A stretch of 34,434 nucleotides of DNA, taken from contig JBMFIM010000009.1 in assembly GCA_049976305.1 (NCBI GenBank), positions 1 through 34,434 on the forward strand. Direction: 5' to 3'. The notes beneath the pieces are model-generated. The model was given only the letters and a program-made list of their open reading frames with translations, was not told the origin of the DNA and did no database searches. The position numbers and the translations under genes are program-made. The DNA comes from Candidatus Micrarchaeia archaeon (lineage in GTDB: Archaea; Micrarchaeota; Micrarchaeia; Micrarchaeales; CABMGC01). Positions 8,205-16,997 of this stretch are shown here, one piece after another; the stretch's first letter is position 1; every line of letters starts with the position of its first letter.

Positions 8205-9506
8205 ATGCAATTGTTGCCTTTTGTAGAAAAGCTAAATTCGGAGAACAAACTGCTTCACATTTCGAAGGAAGTCAGTACAGATTATGAGATTGCAGCATAT
8301 CTAAAGAAATACGACGGTAGGCCGGTGGTTTTTGAAAATGTCAAAGGTTCGCAGATAAAAGTAGTAGGAAACCTAATGAGCAACATGGACTTATTCTGCG
8401 AGTGGCTTGATATAGACAAGAGGGCTTGGATACAAACTCTGAAAAATGCGATAGAGAATCCAGGCACGTTTAGAGAAGCAAGCAATAACCCATTTATGTT
8501 TTATGAGCCGGATCTGCCATCCCTGCCAATACTCAAGCACTATCCAAAGGACCAAGGCAAGTACATAACCTCTGGCGTGGTTTTTGCCAGCAGAAATGGA
8601 ATTAGAAATATGTCTTTCCATAGGCTTGCGGTGCTTGGGGAGAATAGGCTTGTTGGAAGGCTTGTTGAGCAGAGAGATTTGCATATGCTCTACCTAGATG
8701 CCAAGGAACACGGCGAAGACTTGGACGTGGCGATAGCAATAGGCAACAGCGCAGGCGTGCTTGTGGCTGCCGCCACTAGTGTCGAAAGAGGGAAATACGA
8801 GCTTGGCATTGCCTCTGCTTTAGAGAGAAGGCCCATCGAAGTTGTGCAGGCAAAGACCAACACAGCGCATTATCCTGCCGATTCTTTGATTGTGCTTGAA
8901 GGTAAGATTCTGCACGATGAGACGGCAAAAGAAGGTCCTTTTGTTGATCTTACCAATACCTATGATATTGTACGGGAGCAGCCTGTGTTCGTAATAGACA
9001 GGGTAGCGATGCAAAAAGACGCAGTTTATCAAGCGCTTCTCCCCGGTGGCAACGAGCACAAAATACTCATGGGCGCGCCAAGAACTCCAACAATCTACAA
9101 AGCCCTTGCCGATTCCGGAATAGATGTGGCAGACATTTATCTAACAGAAGGCGGCAGCGGCTGGTTAGACGTGGTTATAGCGATAAGGAAAAAAAGCGAG
9201 GAAGATCCCAAAAAGGCCTTCGATGCAGCGATAAAAGGCCATAGAAGCCTGAAGAAGATAACAGTTGTTGACGATGACATAAACCCAAGAGACGCCAACG
9301 ATGTGAATTATGCAGTTACTATGTATTGGCGTGCAGGAAAGGAAACGGTGCTTGACAATGTAAAGGGCTCTTCCCTAGATCCGATGGCCACGCCCGATGG
9401 CTTCGGGAGTAAGCTTTTCATAGACGCTACAAGGCCTTTGAATGTTCCTGAGGAAAAGCTGCTTAAGATGAAAAAGGCAAGCATGGATTTCAAAATAGAT
9501 GGTTGA
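8205..9506 (+). CDS. UbiD-family prFMN decarboxylase, probable trans-anhydromevalonate 5-phosphate decarboxylase
   Basis: NMSFHR, EGPFVDLTNTYD, LPGGNEH, VVDDDI, GSSLDP, KLFIDAT; adjacent to aconitase X. Confidence 0.88.
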   Translation: MQLLPFVEKLNSENKLLHISKEVSTDYEIAAYLKKYDGRPVVFENVKGSQIKVVGNLMSNMDLFCEWLDIDKRAWIQTLKNAIENPGTFREASNNPFMFYEPDLPSLPILKHYPKDQGKYITSGVVFASRNGIRNMSFHRLAVLGENRLVGRLVEQRDLHMLYLDAKEHGEDLDVAIAIGNSAGVLVAAATSVERGKYELGIASALERRPIEVVQAKTNTAHYPADSLIVLEGKILHDETAKEGPFVDLTNTYDIVREQPVFVIDRVAMQKDAVYQALLPGGNEHKILMGAPRTPTIYKALADSGIDVADIYLTEGGSGWLDVVIAIRKKSEEDPKKAFDAAIKGHRSLKKITVVDDDINPRDANDVNYAVTMYWRAGKETVLDNVKGSSLDPMATPDGFGSKLFIDATRPLNVPEEKLLKMKKASMDFKIDG

Positions 9507-9510
9507 TACA

Positions 9511-10989
9511 ATGCCTGAGCTTTTTACGAAACAACAAATATCTTGGCTAGATGATGTGGACAAAGAGGGCAACATAATCAATCCAAAGCATGAGCTTTAC
9601 GGAAAGAACATAGCCGGCTCAATTTTGCACATGCCTGCAGCTTCTGGCTCCACTGTTGGAGCGGATAGGCTTGTCAACTTGGCAGTGCATGGCAAGGCAC
9701 CAAAGAAGATAGTTCTTGAGCGCACAGACCCCATCACTATGTGGGGCGCAATACTTGGCAATGTTGACTTGGAAATAGAAGGAAGGGAGAAAAAACCTAT
9801 TGACAGGAGCAAGCTCGACAAGCTAGGCTTAGAGCCTGAGATTGCAGAGTTTCTTGCTAGGGCAGGCGAGCTTTTAGGTACAGATGAGTTTATCCCGGCA
9901 GATTATGTGCAGATAGCAGGCGTAAGCTACAAGACGATTACAGAAACAGGTCTAGAACTGAGAAGATATTTTGCTTCAAAATACAGGTTTAGAGCTAGAA
10001 ACGTAACAATAAACCCGGCAGGCATGGATCTTGAAGCTTGGCAGAGGCAAAACATACCGAAGGAATTTGCAGAGAAGCAGAAGGAAATAATAGACCTTTA
10101 CATTAAGATGGGCGCTCTGCCTACCATAACGTGCACTCCATACCTTGTGGGCAACACGCCCCCGCCATTTACCGACGCTTTTCTTTCAGAGTCTTCAGTG
10201 GTTACGCTTGAGAATTCCCTGTTTGCAGTAAGGAGTAATAGAGAAGCAGGCTTGAGCACGCTTCTTTACGCTATTGCAGGATACGGGCCTAGGTACGGGT
10301 TGCATTTGCAGGAAAACAGGAAGCCAAAGCTCGAGGTAAAGGTTGAAACAGAGCTAAGCGGAGCTGTAGACTATGGGCTTCTCGGCTACAAGATCGGAGA
10401 GCTAGCAAATGGAAGAATTCCATACATAACTGGCATAAGCTCATTGCCCACTATAGAAGAGTTCAAAGAGCTTGCCGCAGCGAGTGCGGCTTCTGGTTCT
10501 GTAGACCTTATGCATATCGAAGGCATAACGCCAGAAGCGAAGCACAAGATGATCAGGCTTGACAGTATCGAAGAAAAGGTAGAAATAGATAGGCAGACTC
10601 TCAATGATCTGAAGGAGGAGCTTAACACAGCAGTTCCTGAGGAGATAGACCTTCTCGCAATTGGTTGCCCACACGCTTCAATAAATGAAATAAAAGAAGT
10701 TGCCACGCTTATAAAAGGTAAGCATCTAAAAGCAGGCAAGCAACTCTGGATAACGACGTCGCGCACCGTCAAGGAAATAGCCCAGAAACTTGGTTATGTA
10801 AGTATTATAGAAGAGGCAGGAGGGCAAGTGGTAGCAGATACCTGCATGGTGGTCTCGCCAATAGAAGACCTTGGCTTTGCCACCACAGCTACAAACTCGG
10901 GCAAGGCTGCAAAATACCTTCCTAGATTTTGCAAGCAGAAAGTAGTGTTCGACGACCTTCAGACGCTGCTCTCAAAAATCATAGAATAG
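9511..10989 (+). CDS. Single-chain aconitase X (swivel + catalytic subunits fused), probable mevalonate 5-phosphate dehydratase
   Basis: N-terminal HEL.GK.IAG.IL.MP...GSTVG...L...GKAP (small subunit), then IAGVSYKTI, TINPAG, TCTPY, SESS, GCPH, DTCMVVSP, TNSGKAA.Y. ATG 9511 chosen from SD-like spacing; 9499 is the alternative. Confidence 0.88.
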   Translation: MPELFTKQQISWLDDVDKEGNIINPKHELYGKNIAGSILHMPAASGSTVGADRLVNLAVHGKAPKKIVLERTDPITMWGAILGNVDLEIEGREKKPIDRSKLDKLGLEPEIAEFLARAGELLGTDEFIPADYVQIAGVSYKTITETGLELRRYFASKYRFRARNVTINPAGMDLEAWQRQNIPKEFAEKQKEIIDLYIKMGALPTITCTPYLVGNTPPPFTDAFLSESSVVTLENSLFAVRSNREAGLSTLLYAIAGYGPRYGLHLQENRKPKLEVKVETELSGAVDYGLLGYKIGELANGRIPYITGISSLPTIEEFKELAAASAASGSVDLMHIEGITPEAKHKMIRLDSIEEKVEIDRQTLNDLKEELNTAVPEEIDLLAIGCPHASINEIKEVATLIKGKHLKAGKQLWITTSRTVKEIAQKLGYVSIIEEAGGQVVADTCMVVSPIEDLGFATTATNSGKAAKYLPRFCKQKVVFDDLQTLLSKIIE

Positions 10990-11049
10990 CATAAAAGCAT
11001 AAAAAGATAATTTTATATCTCGGAATGGCAAAAATCTAATTACGATTGG

Positions 11050-12690
11050 ATGAAGTACATCGTTACATCAGCGCTGCCTTATGTGCAAGATGTAATTCAT
11101 TTGGGCAATTTGGTAGGCTCGATATTGCCAGCCGACATTTTCTACAAATACCTTGTTATGAAAGGCGAGGATGCAATATTCATATGCGGATCTGATGAGC
11201 ACGGCTCTGCGATAGAAATTGCAGCGCTCAAGCAAGGAACCACGCCAAAAGAACTTGCAGACAAGAATCATGAGAAACTGAAACAACTTCTTACAGATTC
11301 CTACCTGTGTACTTTTACCCATTATGGCAGAACAGGCACTGAGCAGAACAAAGAAATTGTGTACAATATATTCAACGCCTTGGACAAAAACGGCTATTTG
11401 GTAGAAGTTAGGAGCGAGCAACCATATTGCAATGTCGACAAGCGTTTTATCCCTGACAGGTTCATAGAAGGCACGTGCCCTTATTGCGGCTATGAGCATG
11501 CGCGTGGCGACCAATGCGACCGCTGTGGCAGGCTCCTTACCCCAAAGGACCTTATAAACCCGCATTGTAATATTTGTGGCAAAAGCGACATAACCTTCAA
11601 AGAGGTTAAGAACCTTGCCATAAACCTAGAAAAGCTCCAGCCTAAAATAAAGGAATACCTTCTTTCGCATTATTCAAACAGTTGGAGCAAAAACGCAATA
11701 AACAACAGCCAAGGCTATATAGAAAAGGGGCTTAAAAACAGGGAGATTACTAGAGAGATCAAATGGGGTTTTCCGGTTCCGAAAGCCGGCTTTGAAGATA
11801 AGGTGTTTTATGTATGGTTCGATGCGCTTATAGGCTACATTGGAATATCATACGAGTACAACAAGGAAGTTGCGGAGAAGTATTGGCTCGGCAACACTAC
11901 TAGGCTCATTCAGTTCATGGGTAAAGACAACATAGAGCCGCATACGCTTTTATGGCCCGGCATGCTCATAGGAAGCAATCTGGGTTATGTTCTGCCTACT
12001 ACCATTTATGCCTACGAATTCCTCAATTGGCAAGGTCAGAAGTTTTCAAAAAGCAGGCACATAGGAATGAACATTGAAGAAGCACTCAGCCTGCTGCCAG
12101 GAGAATACTGGCGCTTTGTCCTCGCTTCCATACTTCCCGAAACCGCAGACACCGACTTCACCGCAGAGCTCCTTATGCAAGCAGTAAACAATGAGCTTAA
12201 CGACATAGTGGGCAACTTCATACACAGGACTCTAACTCTAATCAAGAACAATTTTGACAGCACTGTGCCGAGCCCTTCAAGCAAGCCAGAAATCGTTGAA
12301 GAGATAAACAAGCATGTTAACTCCTATCTCAGTCTGTTTGACTCCATACAAATCAGAGAAGCACTCCGCTCGGTAATAGAACTTGCTGGATTGGGCAATG
12401 AGTTTCTAAGCAAAAGCGAGCCTTGGAAGAAAATAAAGCAGAACCCTGATGAGGCAGCAGGTATAGTATATGCAAGTGCTATGATCGCCAAGGCAGTTGG
12501 CATATTGCTTTACCCGTTCATGCCGAACAGCAGCCAAAAAGTATGCGACTATTTCTCAGTAGAGCCGAAGCTAGGGCAAATAAGTTTAGACATAGCAGGC
12601 AGGAAGCTTAACTTAGAAAAGCTCGAGCCTCTCTTTTCAAAGATAACAGAAAAGCAGCTCGAACTTTTGAAAGAATTCTCTGGCAAATAA
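11050..12690 (+). CDS. metG: Methionyl-tRNA synthetase (no C-terminal Trbp111-like domain)
   Basis: TSALPY, HLGN, GSDEHG, zinc-knuckle CxxC motifs, YVWFDA, GKDN, KFSKS. Confidence 0.97.
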   Translation: MKYIVTSALPYVQDVIHLGNLVGSILPADIFYKYLVMKGEDAIFICGSDEHGSAIEIAALKQGTTPKELADKNHEKLKQLLTDSYLCTFTHYGRTGTEQNKEIVYNIFNALDKNGYLVEVRSEQPYCNVDKRFIPDRFIEGTCPYCGYEHARGDQCDRCGRLLTPKDLINPHCNICGKSDITFKEVKNLAINLEKLQPKIKEYLLSHYSNSWSKNAINNSQGYIEKGLKNREITREIKWGFPVPKAGFEDKVFYVWFDALIGYIGISYEYNKEVAEKYWLGNTTRLIQFMGKDNIEPHTLLWPGMLIGSNLGYVLPTTIYAYEFLNWQGQKFSKSRHIGMNIEEALSLLPGEYWRFVLASILPETADTDFTAELLMQAVNNELNDIVGNFIHRTLTLIKNNFDSTVPSPSSKPEIVEEINKHVNSYLSLFDSIQIREALRSVIELAGLGNEFLSKSEPWKKIKQNPDEAAGIVYASAMIAKAVGILLYPFMPNSSQKVCDYFSVEPKLGQISLDIAGRKLNLEKLEPLFSKITEKQLELLKEFSGK

Positions 12691-12718
12691 ACCTAATTGC
12701 AGATTTTTATAAAAGAAG

Positions 12719-13462
12719 GTGCAAGGTTATTCTGTGTGGCTGAACAAAGATGTTGAGCTTCTCGAAGGCCTGCCCCTGGTATATGTCAAGTCCTTGAATG
12801 CATTTGTTTGCGCAGACCTTCACCTTGGCTATGAAGGAGTAATGGCCGACAGGGGTATTTTTCTACCAAAGGTTAACCTGGCAAAAATTAAGCAGATTTT
12901 GGAAAAAGCTTATTCTAAAGAAAAAGCAGACACGATAATAGTAGATGGAGATATAAAGAACGAATTCTCCGAAGTCCACCTTGAGGAATTCAACGAATTC
13001 AAGGAGTTTGTGGATTTTACAAGGTCTATGGGCATAAAGCATATTGTAATTATCAAGGGCAACCACGACAACTTCATAGACAAGTATAAAGATCCTTTCA
13101 AGATAGAAATTTACAAGCAGGAGGCACTTTTTGGTGAATATGCAATTTTCCATGGAGAAGATATACCTCATTTAGCAGGAGCTTTCTACATAATGGGGCA
13201 TATACACCCTGCAATAGGCGTTTTCAACAGGGCAGGCAGCAAGGAAAAGCTCAAATGCTTCCTTTACGGCAAGATAAAAAACAAACCTCTACTCATACTT
13301 CCAGCCATGAACTACTACGTCGAAAACGTGGAAGTAAACATAGAGGACATGTTAGAGCTTTCTCCAGTATTTAATAAACTGGTTGATGTTTATGATATGC
13401 ATGCATACTGCATTGGCGTTGGCGAGACTTTGGATTTTGGCATGATAAAAGACCTAGGGTGA
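12719..13462 (+). CDS. Metallophosphoesterase (archaeal ICC-like/MJ0037-type)
   Basis: ADLHLGYE, GDIKNEF, KGNHD, FHG, MGHIHP, ILPA. Confidence 0.88.
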   Translation: MQGYSVWLNKDVELLEGLPLVYVKSLNAFVCADLHLGYEGVMADRGIFLPKVNLAKIKQILEKAYSKEKADTIIVDGDIKNEFSEVHLEEFNEFKEFVDFTRSMGIKHIVIIKGNHDNFIDKYKDPFKIEIYKQEALFGEYAIFHGEDIPHLAGAFYIMGHIHPAIGVFNRAGSKEKLKCFLYGKIKNKPLLILPAMNYYVENVEVNIEDMLELSPVFNKLVDVYDMHAYCIGVGETLDFGMIKDLG

Positions 13463-13466
13463 TCAA

Positions 13467-13889
13467 ATAAAGTTCTTTGTATATACTGATGGGGCTTCAA
13501 GGGGAAATCCTGGCAAAAGTGCATCGGGCTACGCGATATACGACGATAAATTTAATCTTGTAAAAGAGTACGTTTTCTATAACGGGATAGCGACAAATAA
13601 CGTTGCCGAGTATAAAGCTATTATTGCAGCTTTAAAAGAAGCAATAAAGCTGGGCGCTGATGAAATTGTGCTGTTCAGCGACAGCAAGCTCGCGATAAGC
13701 CAGCTTCAAGGTAAATACAAAATAAAATCAGCAAACCTTAAACAGCTTAACAATGAGGCAAAGGGGTTGCTTTTAAGTCTTAAGTCTTATAAGCTGGAGA
13801 ACCCTAGAAGGGAAAATGCCTACATAAGCTCTGTTGACAAAATGCTTAACAGGTTTCTTGATTCTCTCGAGAAAAAAAGTGATGGCTAA
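13467..13889 (+). CDS. rnhA: Ribonuclease HI (proposed ATA start)
   Basis: The frame of the 73-aa ORF extends upstream as KFFVYTDGASRGNPG...TNNVAEY...FSDS...RREN...VDK, with all four acidic catalytic residues. In-frame TAG at 13455 and no ATG/GTG/TTG before the first Asp. Confidence 0.88.
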   Translation: MKFFVYTDGASRGNPGKSASGYAIYDDKFNLVKEYVFYNGIATNNVAEYKAIIAALKEAIKLGADEIVLFSDSKLAISQLQGKYKIKSANLKQLNNEAKGLLLSLKSYKLENPRRENAYISSVDKMLNRFLDSLEKKSDG

Positions 13890-13927
13890 ACAAAAAGCAT
13901 AATTAAGCATTTGGTTAATTCTTAATC

Positions 13928-15088
13928 ATGGTAGATGTTTCCACCTTATCAAAGGAAGAACTCAGAAAATTGGAGCTTTTCAAAAGAAGGCCGACAGAAG
14001 AGATACTCACAGAAGAGCAGCTTGTAAAGTACATAATGGAAAAGCAACAGTTCAGGCACTACATTGGCTACGAAATATCGGGCTATGTGCACTTGGGCAC
14101 AGGTATAGTAAGCTCGAGCAAGATTGCAGACTTCCAAGAAGCAGGCGCCAAGACCACAATATTTCTTGCGGATTTGCACGCTTGGATAAACAAGAAGCTA
14201 GGCGGGGATCTCGATACTATACGGAAGGTTGCTAAAGGCTATTTCGGGGAGGCAATGAAGGCTTCGCTCAGATGCGTTGGCGGGAATGTCGATGAGACTA
14301 GCGTTGTGCTGGCATCAGAGCTTTATGAAAAGCTCGGCGAGGATTACTTTGAGACTGTCATAAAGATAGCAAACAGCATGACCCTTGCCAGGGCTATGCG
14401 CAGCATAACCATAATGGGAAGAAAGCAAGGAGAAAGCATTAGCCTTTCGCAGCTTGTGTACGTGCCAATGCAGGTTGCAGACATATTTGCCCAGCAAGTA
14501 AACATAGCCCATGCAGGAATGGACCAGAGAAAAGCCCACGTTGTTGCAATAGAGGTTGCCGGATTATTCGATTACAAGCCAGTCGCAATACACCACCATC
14601 TTCTTCTTAGCATGCAGCTTACTGACGAAGACAGGAAGGCAATGCTGAATGCAAAGCAGAATCGCAACACTGAGCAGTTGCAAGACGAGTATTTGGACAT
14701 TAAGATGTCGAAGTCGAAACCTAACACAGCAATTTTTGTACACGACAGCGAGGAGGAGATCAGAAAAAAGATAGGCTCAGCTTACTGCCCTGCAGGCGAG
14801 TTAGAGTTTAACCCTGTGATAGATGTTGTAAGGAATGTGGTTTGGCCTTATCTTACAAAGAAGGGCGAGCCTTTAGTAGTTGAAAACAAGAAGAAAGGTA
14901 CGACTGACGAGTTTGCAAAGCTTGGCGATCTTGAAAAGGCCTTTGCATCTATGCAGGTCCATCCTGCAGACTTGAAGCAGGCAGTTGCCGCGTATTTGAT
15001 AAGAATCCTCGAGCCTGCAAGAAAATATTTTGAAGGGCCGGGCAAAAAATACTTGGAAGAAATGGAAAGCATCAAAATAACACGCTAA
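13928..15088 (+). CDS. tyrS: Tyrosyl-tRNA synthetase
   Basis: [50 protein letters not shown]. Confidence 0.96.
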   Translation: MVDVSTLSKEELRKLELFKRRPTEEILTEEQLVKYIMEKQQFRHYIGYEISGYVHLGTGIVSSSKIADFQEAGAKTTIFLADLHAWINKKLGGDLDTIRKVAKGYFGEAMKASLRCVGGNVDETSVVLASELYEKLGEDYFETVIKIANSMTLARAMRSITIMGRKQGESISLSQLVYVPMQVADIFAQQVNIAHAGMDQRKAHVVAIEVAGLFDYKPVAIHHHLLLSMQLTDEDRKAMLNAKQNRNTEQLQDEYLDIKMSKSKPNTAIFVHDSEEEIRKKIGSAYCPAGELEFNPVIDVVRNVVWPYLTKKGEPLVVENKKKGTTDEFAKLGDLEKAFASMQVHPADLKQAVAAYLIRILEPARKYFEGPGKKYLEEMESIKITR

Positions 15089-15099
15089 ACTACAGGCAG

Positions 15100-15173
15100 C
15101 GGGCCTGGTGGGATTTGAACCCACGACTTAGAGGTTAAAAGCCTCCCACTCTGCCATCCTGAGTTACAGGCCC
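15100..15173 (-). tRNA. tRNA-Lys(UUU), CCA not encoded
   Basis: Minus strand GGGCCTG TA ACTC AGGATGGCA GAGT G GGAGG CTTTTAA CCTCT AAGTC GTGGG TTCAAAT CCCAC CAGGCCC G; anticodon at 15137-15139. Confidence 0.96.
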
Positions 15174-15234
15174 TAGTTATTTATTTTATACTTAAAAAGC
15201 AATATTAAGTTTGCCTTAAAGGAGAGGCGAAGCA

Positions 15235-16353
15235 ATGCCATACAAAGATGCACTCGAAGAAAAACTAAAGGAGCTGCAAGAAGAATACGCCAATACCAAG
15301 TACAATAAGGCTACCGACAAGCACCTCGGCAAGCTGAGAGAGCGAATGGCAAAGCTAAGGAGGGAAATAGCGATAAAATCTAGGAAAAGGAAGGGCCTTG
15401 GCTTTGGTGTAAAGAAAACAGGCGATGCTACCGCAGTGCTCGTTGGATTTCCAAAGGCAGGGAAATCCTCTTTGCTAAACGCGCTCACAGGCACGGAGTC
15501 GAAGGTTGCTGATTACGCTTTCACTACGCTTGATGTAATACCGGGCATGCTGGAATATTCTGGTGCAAAAATACAGTTGCTAGACCTTCCAGGGATAATA
15601 GAGGGCGCTCATCTCGGCAAGGGCGAAGGGACAAAAGTGGCAAGCGTTATGCGTACTGCTGATATCTTGCTGGTCGTAGTAGATGCCACGGCTGTTGAGC
15701 AGCTGAAGGATCTGCTTGAAGAACTCTACTTGCTCGGCATTAGGCTGAACAAGGAAAAGCCAAGCGTCGAGATGGAGAAAACCAGCAGGGGTGGAATACA
15801 GATAGCAGGTGCGATAAGCCAAAAAGACAAAGACGAGCTATCCAAAGCATTATTATCAGCAGGCATATATAACGCCAATGTTGCAATAGCGAAGCCAGCA
15901 CAAGTCGGTGAAATTCTCGATTTTCTGCTAGGCAACGTTACTTATGTAAAGGCCATAGTTGTGCTAAATAAGATAGATTTGCTTAGTAAAGAAGATGCAG
16001 AAAAGGCAATAGGGCGTGCTAAGCAGATAGCTAATGCAGAGGTATTGGCTGTAAGCGCAACTACTGGAGAAAACTTAAATGTGCTTAAGGAAGCAATCTT
16101 CAAGAGTGCAGGGTTGATAAGAATATACCTAAAACCAAAGGATTCTGAGCCTGACTTGGAAAAGCCATTAATTGTAAATGCAGGCAGCAGCATAGAGGAC
16201 ATAGCGAAGAAGCTAAATGCGAAGACCGCAAAGTACCTCAAGTATGCATTGGTAAGCGGGCCTAGCGTCAAGTTTCCAAATCAGAAAGTAGGAAAAGAGC
16301 ACGTTGTAGAAGACAAGGACGTGGTTACGTTGGTGTATGAAAAGCACGTATAG
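15235..16353 (+). CDS. DRG/OBG-family translational GTPase with TGS domain
   Basis: YNKATDKH, GFPKAGKS, YAFTT, DLPG, NKID, SAT, C-terminal TGS-like QKVGKEHVVEDKDVV. Confidence 0.93.
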   Translation: MPYKDALEEKLKELQEEYANTKYNKATDKHLGKLRERMAKLRREIAIKSRKRKGLGFGVKKTGDATAVLVGFPKAGKSSLLNALTGTESKVADYAFTTLDVIPGMLEYSGAKIQLLDLPGIIEGAHLGKGEGTKVASVMRTADILLVVVDATAVEQLKDLLEELYLLGIRLNKEKPSVEMEKTSRGGIQIAGAISQKDKDELSKALLSAGIYNANVAIAKPAQVGEILDFLLGNVTYVKAIVVLNKIDLLSKEDAEKAIGRAKQIANAEVLAVSATTGENLNVLKEAIFKSAGLIRIYLKPKDSEPDLEKPLIVNAGSSIEDIAKKLNAKTAKYLKYALVSGPSVKFPNQKVGKEHVVEDKDVVTLVYEKHV

Positions 16354-16357
16354 CCAG

Positions 16358-16429
16358 CGCCCTGAGTCGGGATCGAACCGACGACCTACCGGTTAACAGC
16401 CGGTCGCTCTGCCACTGAGCTATCAGGGC
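16358..16429 (-). tRNA. tRNA-Asn(GUU), CCA not encoded
   Basis: Minus strand GCCCTGA TA GCTC AGTGGCA GAGC G ACCGG CTGTTAA CCGGT AGGTC GTCGG TTCGATC CCGAC TCAGGGC G; anticodon at 16395-16397. Confidence 0.97.
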
Positions 16430-16474
16430 ACAAGATTATTTGGCATAGCATGCTTATCTTCTTTTCCCATTCTT

Positions 16475-16993
16475 TTATTTCTCAACTTTGTAGATAATTC
16501 TGGCCTCTTCCGGAGAGACCTTCCTCGCGTCTATAAGCTTAAGTTTTGCCCCGAACTCCTTGCCTTCAAATAGCCTTATACCTGATGTAAGAAGGCGTGG
16601 TTCGAGGTCAAGCACAATCTCATCTATGAGTTTTTGCTTTGCAAAGCTTGCATTTACATGGCCTCCGCCTATGAGCAACGCCTTTTGAAAACCCTTTGAG
16701 GAAAGCATGTCAAGTACTGCCTTTGGTGACTTGTTGGTAAATATGACCTTATCCGGCCATCTGTTTTTGAATTTCTTGGGCGATTTGGTGAGGACTATGT
16801 TTAGGCAGTTGAATGGGAACTTGCCCTTCTTCAGCAAAGCCTCGTAGGCCCTCCTGCCCATTATGCAGTTGCCTGCATCGTATGCCTCTTTCATCATGCC
16901 CTGCCATTCGGTTTCTGTAACGAAGCTAAGGTCGTCGCCCTTGCCAGCTATAAGGCCGTTGGGCGTTATCACAGAATACAGCCTAACCTCCAC
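16475..16993 (-). CDS. Dihydrofolate reductase / RibD C-terminal family protein
   Basis: TPNGLIA, IMGRRAY, LIGGG..NASF, LIDEIVL..EP...G..LF. GTG 16993 preceded by GGAGGTGA, so the ORF-track N-terminal extension is unlikely. Confidence 0.85.
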   Translation of the reverse strand: MEVRLYSVITPNGLIAGKGDDLSFVTETEWQGMMKEAYDAGNCIMGRRAYEALLKKGKFPFNCLNIVLTKSPKKFKNRWPDKVIFTNKSPKAVLDMLSSKGFQKALLIGGGHVNASFAKQKLIDEIVLDLEPRLLTSGIRLFEGKEFGAKLKLIDARKVSPEEARIIYKVEK

Positions 16994-16997
16994 AAAC

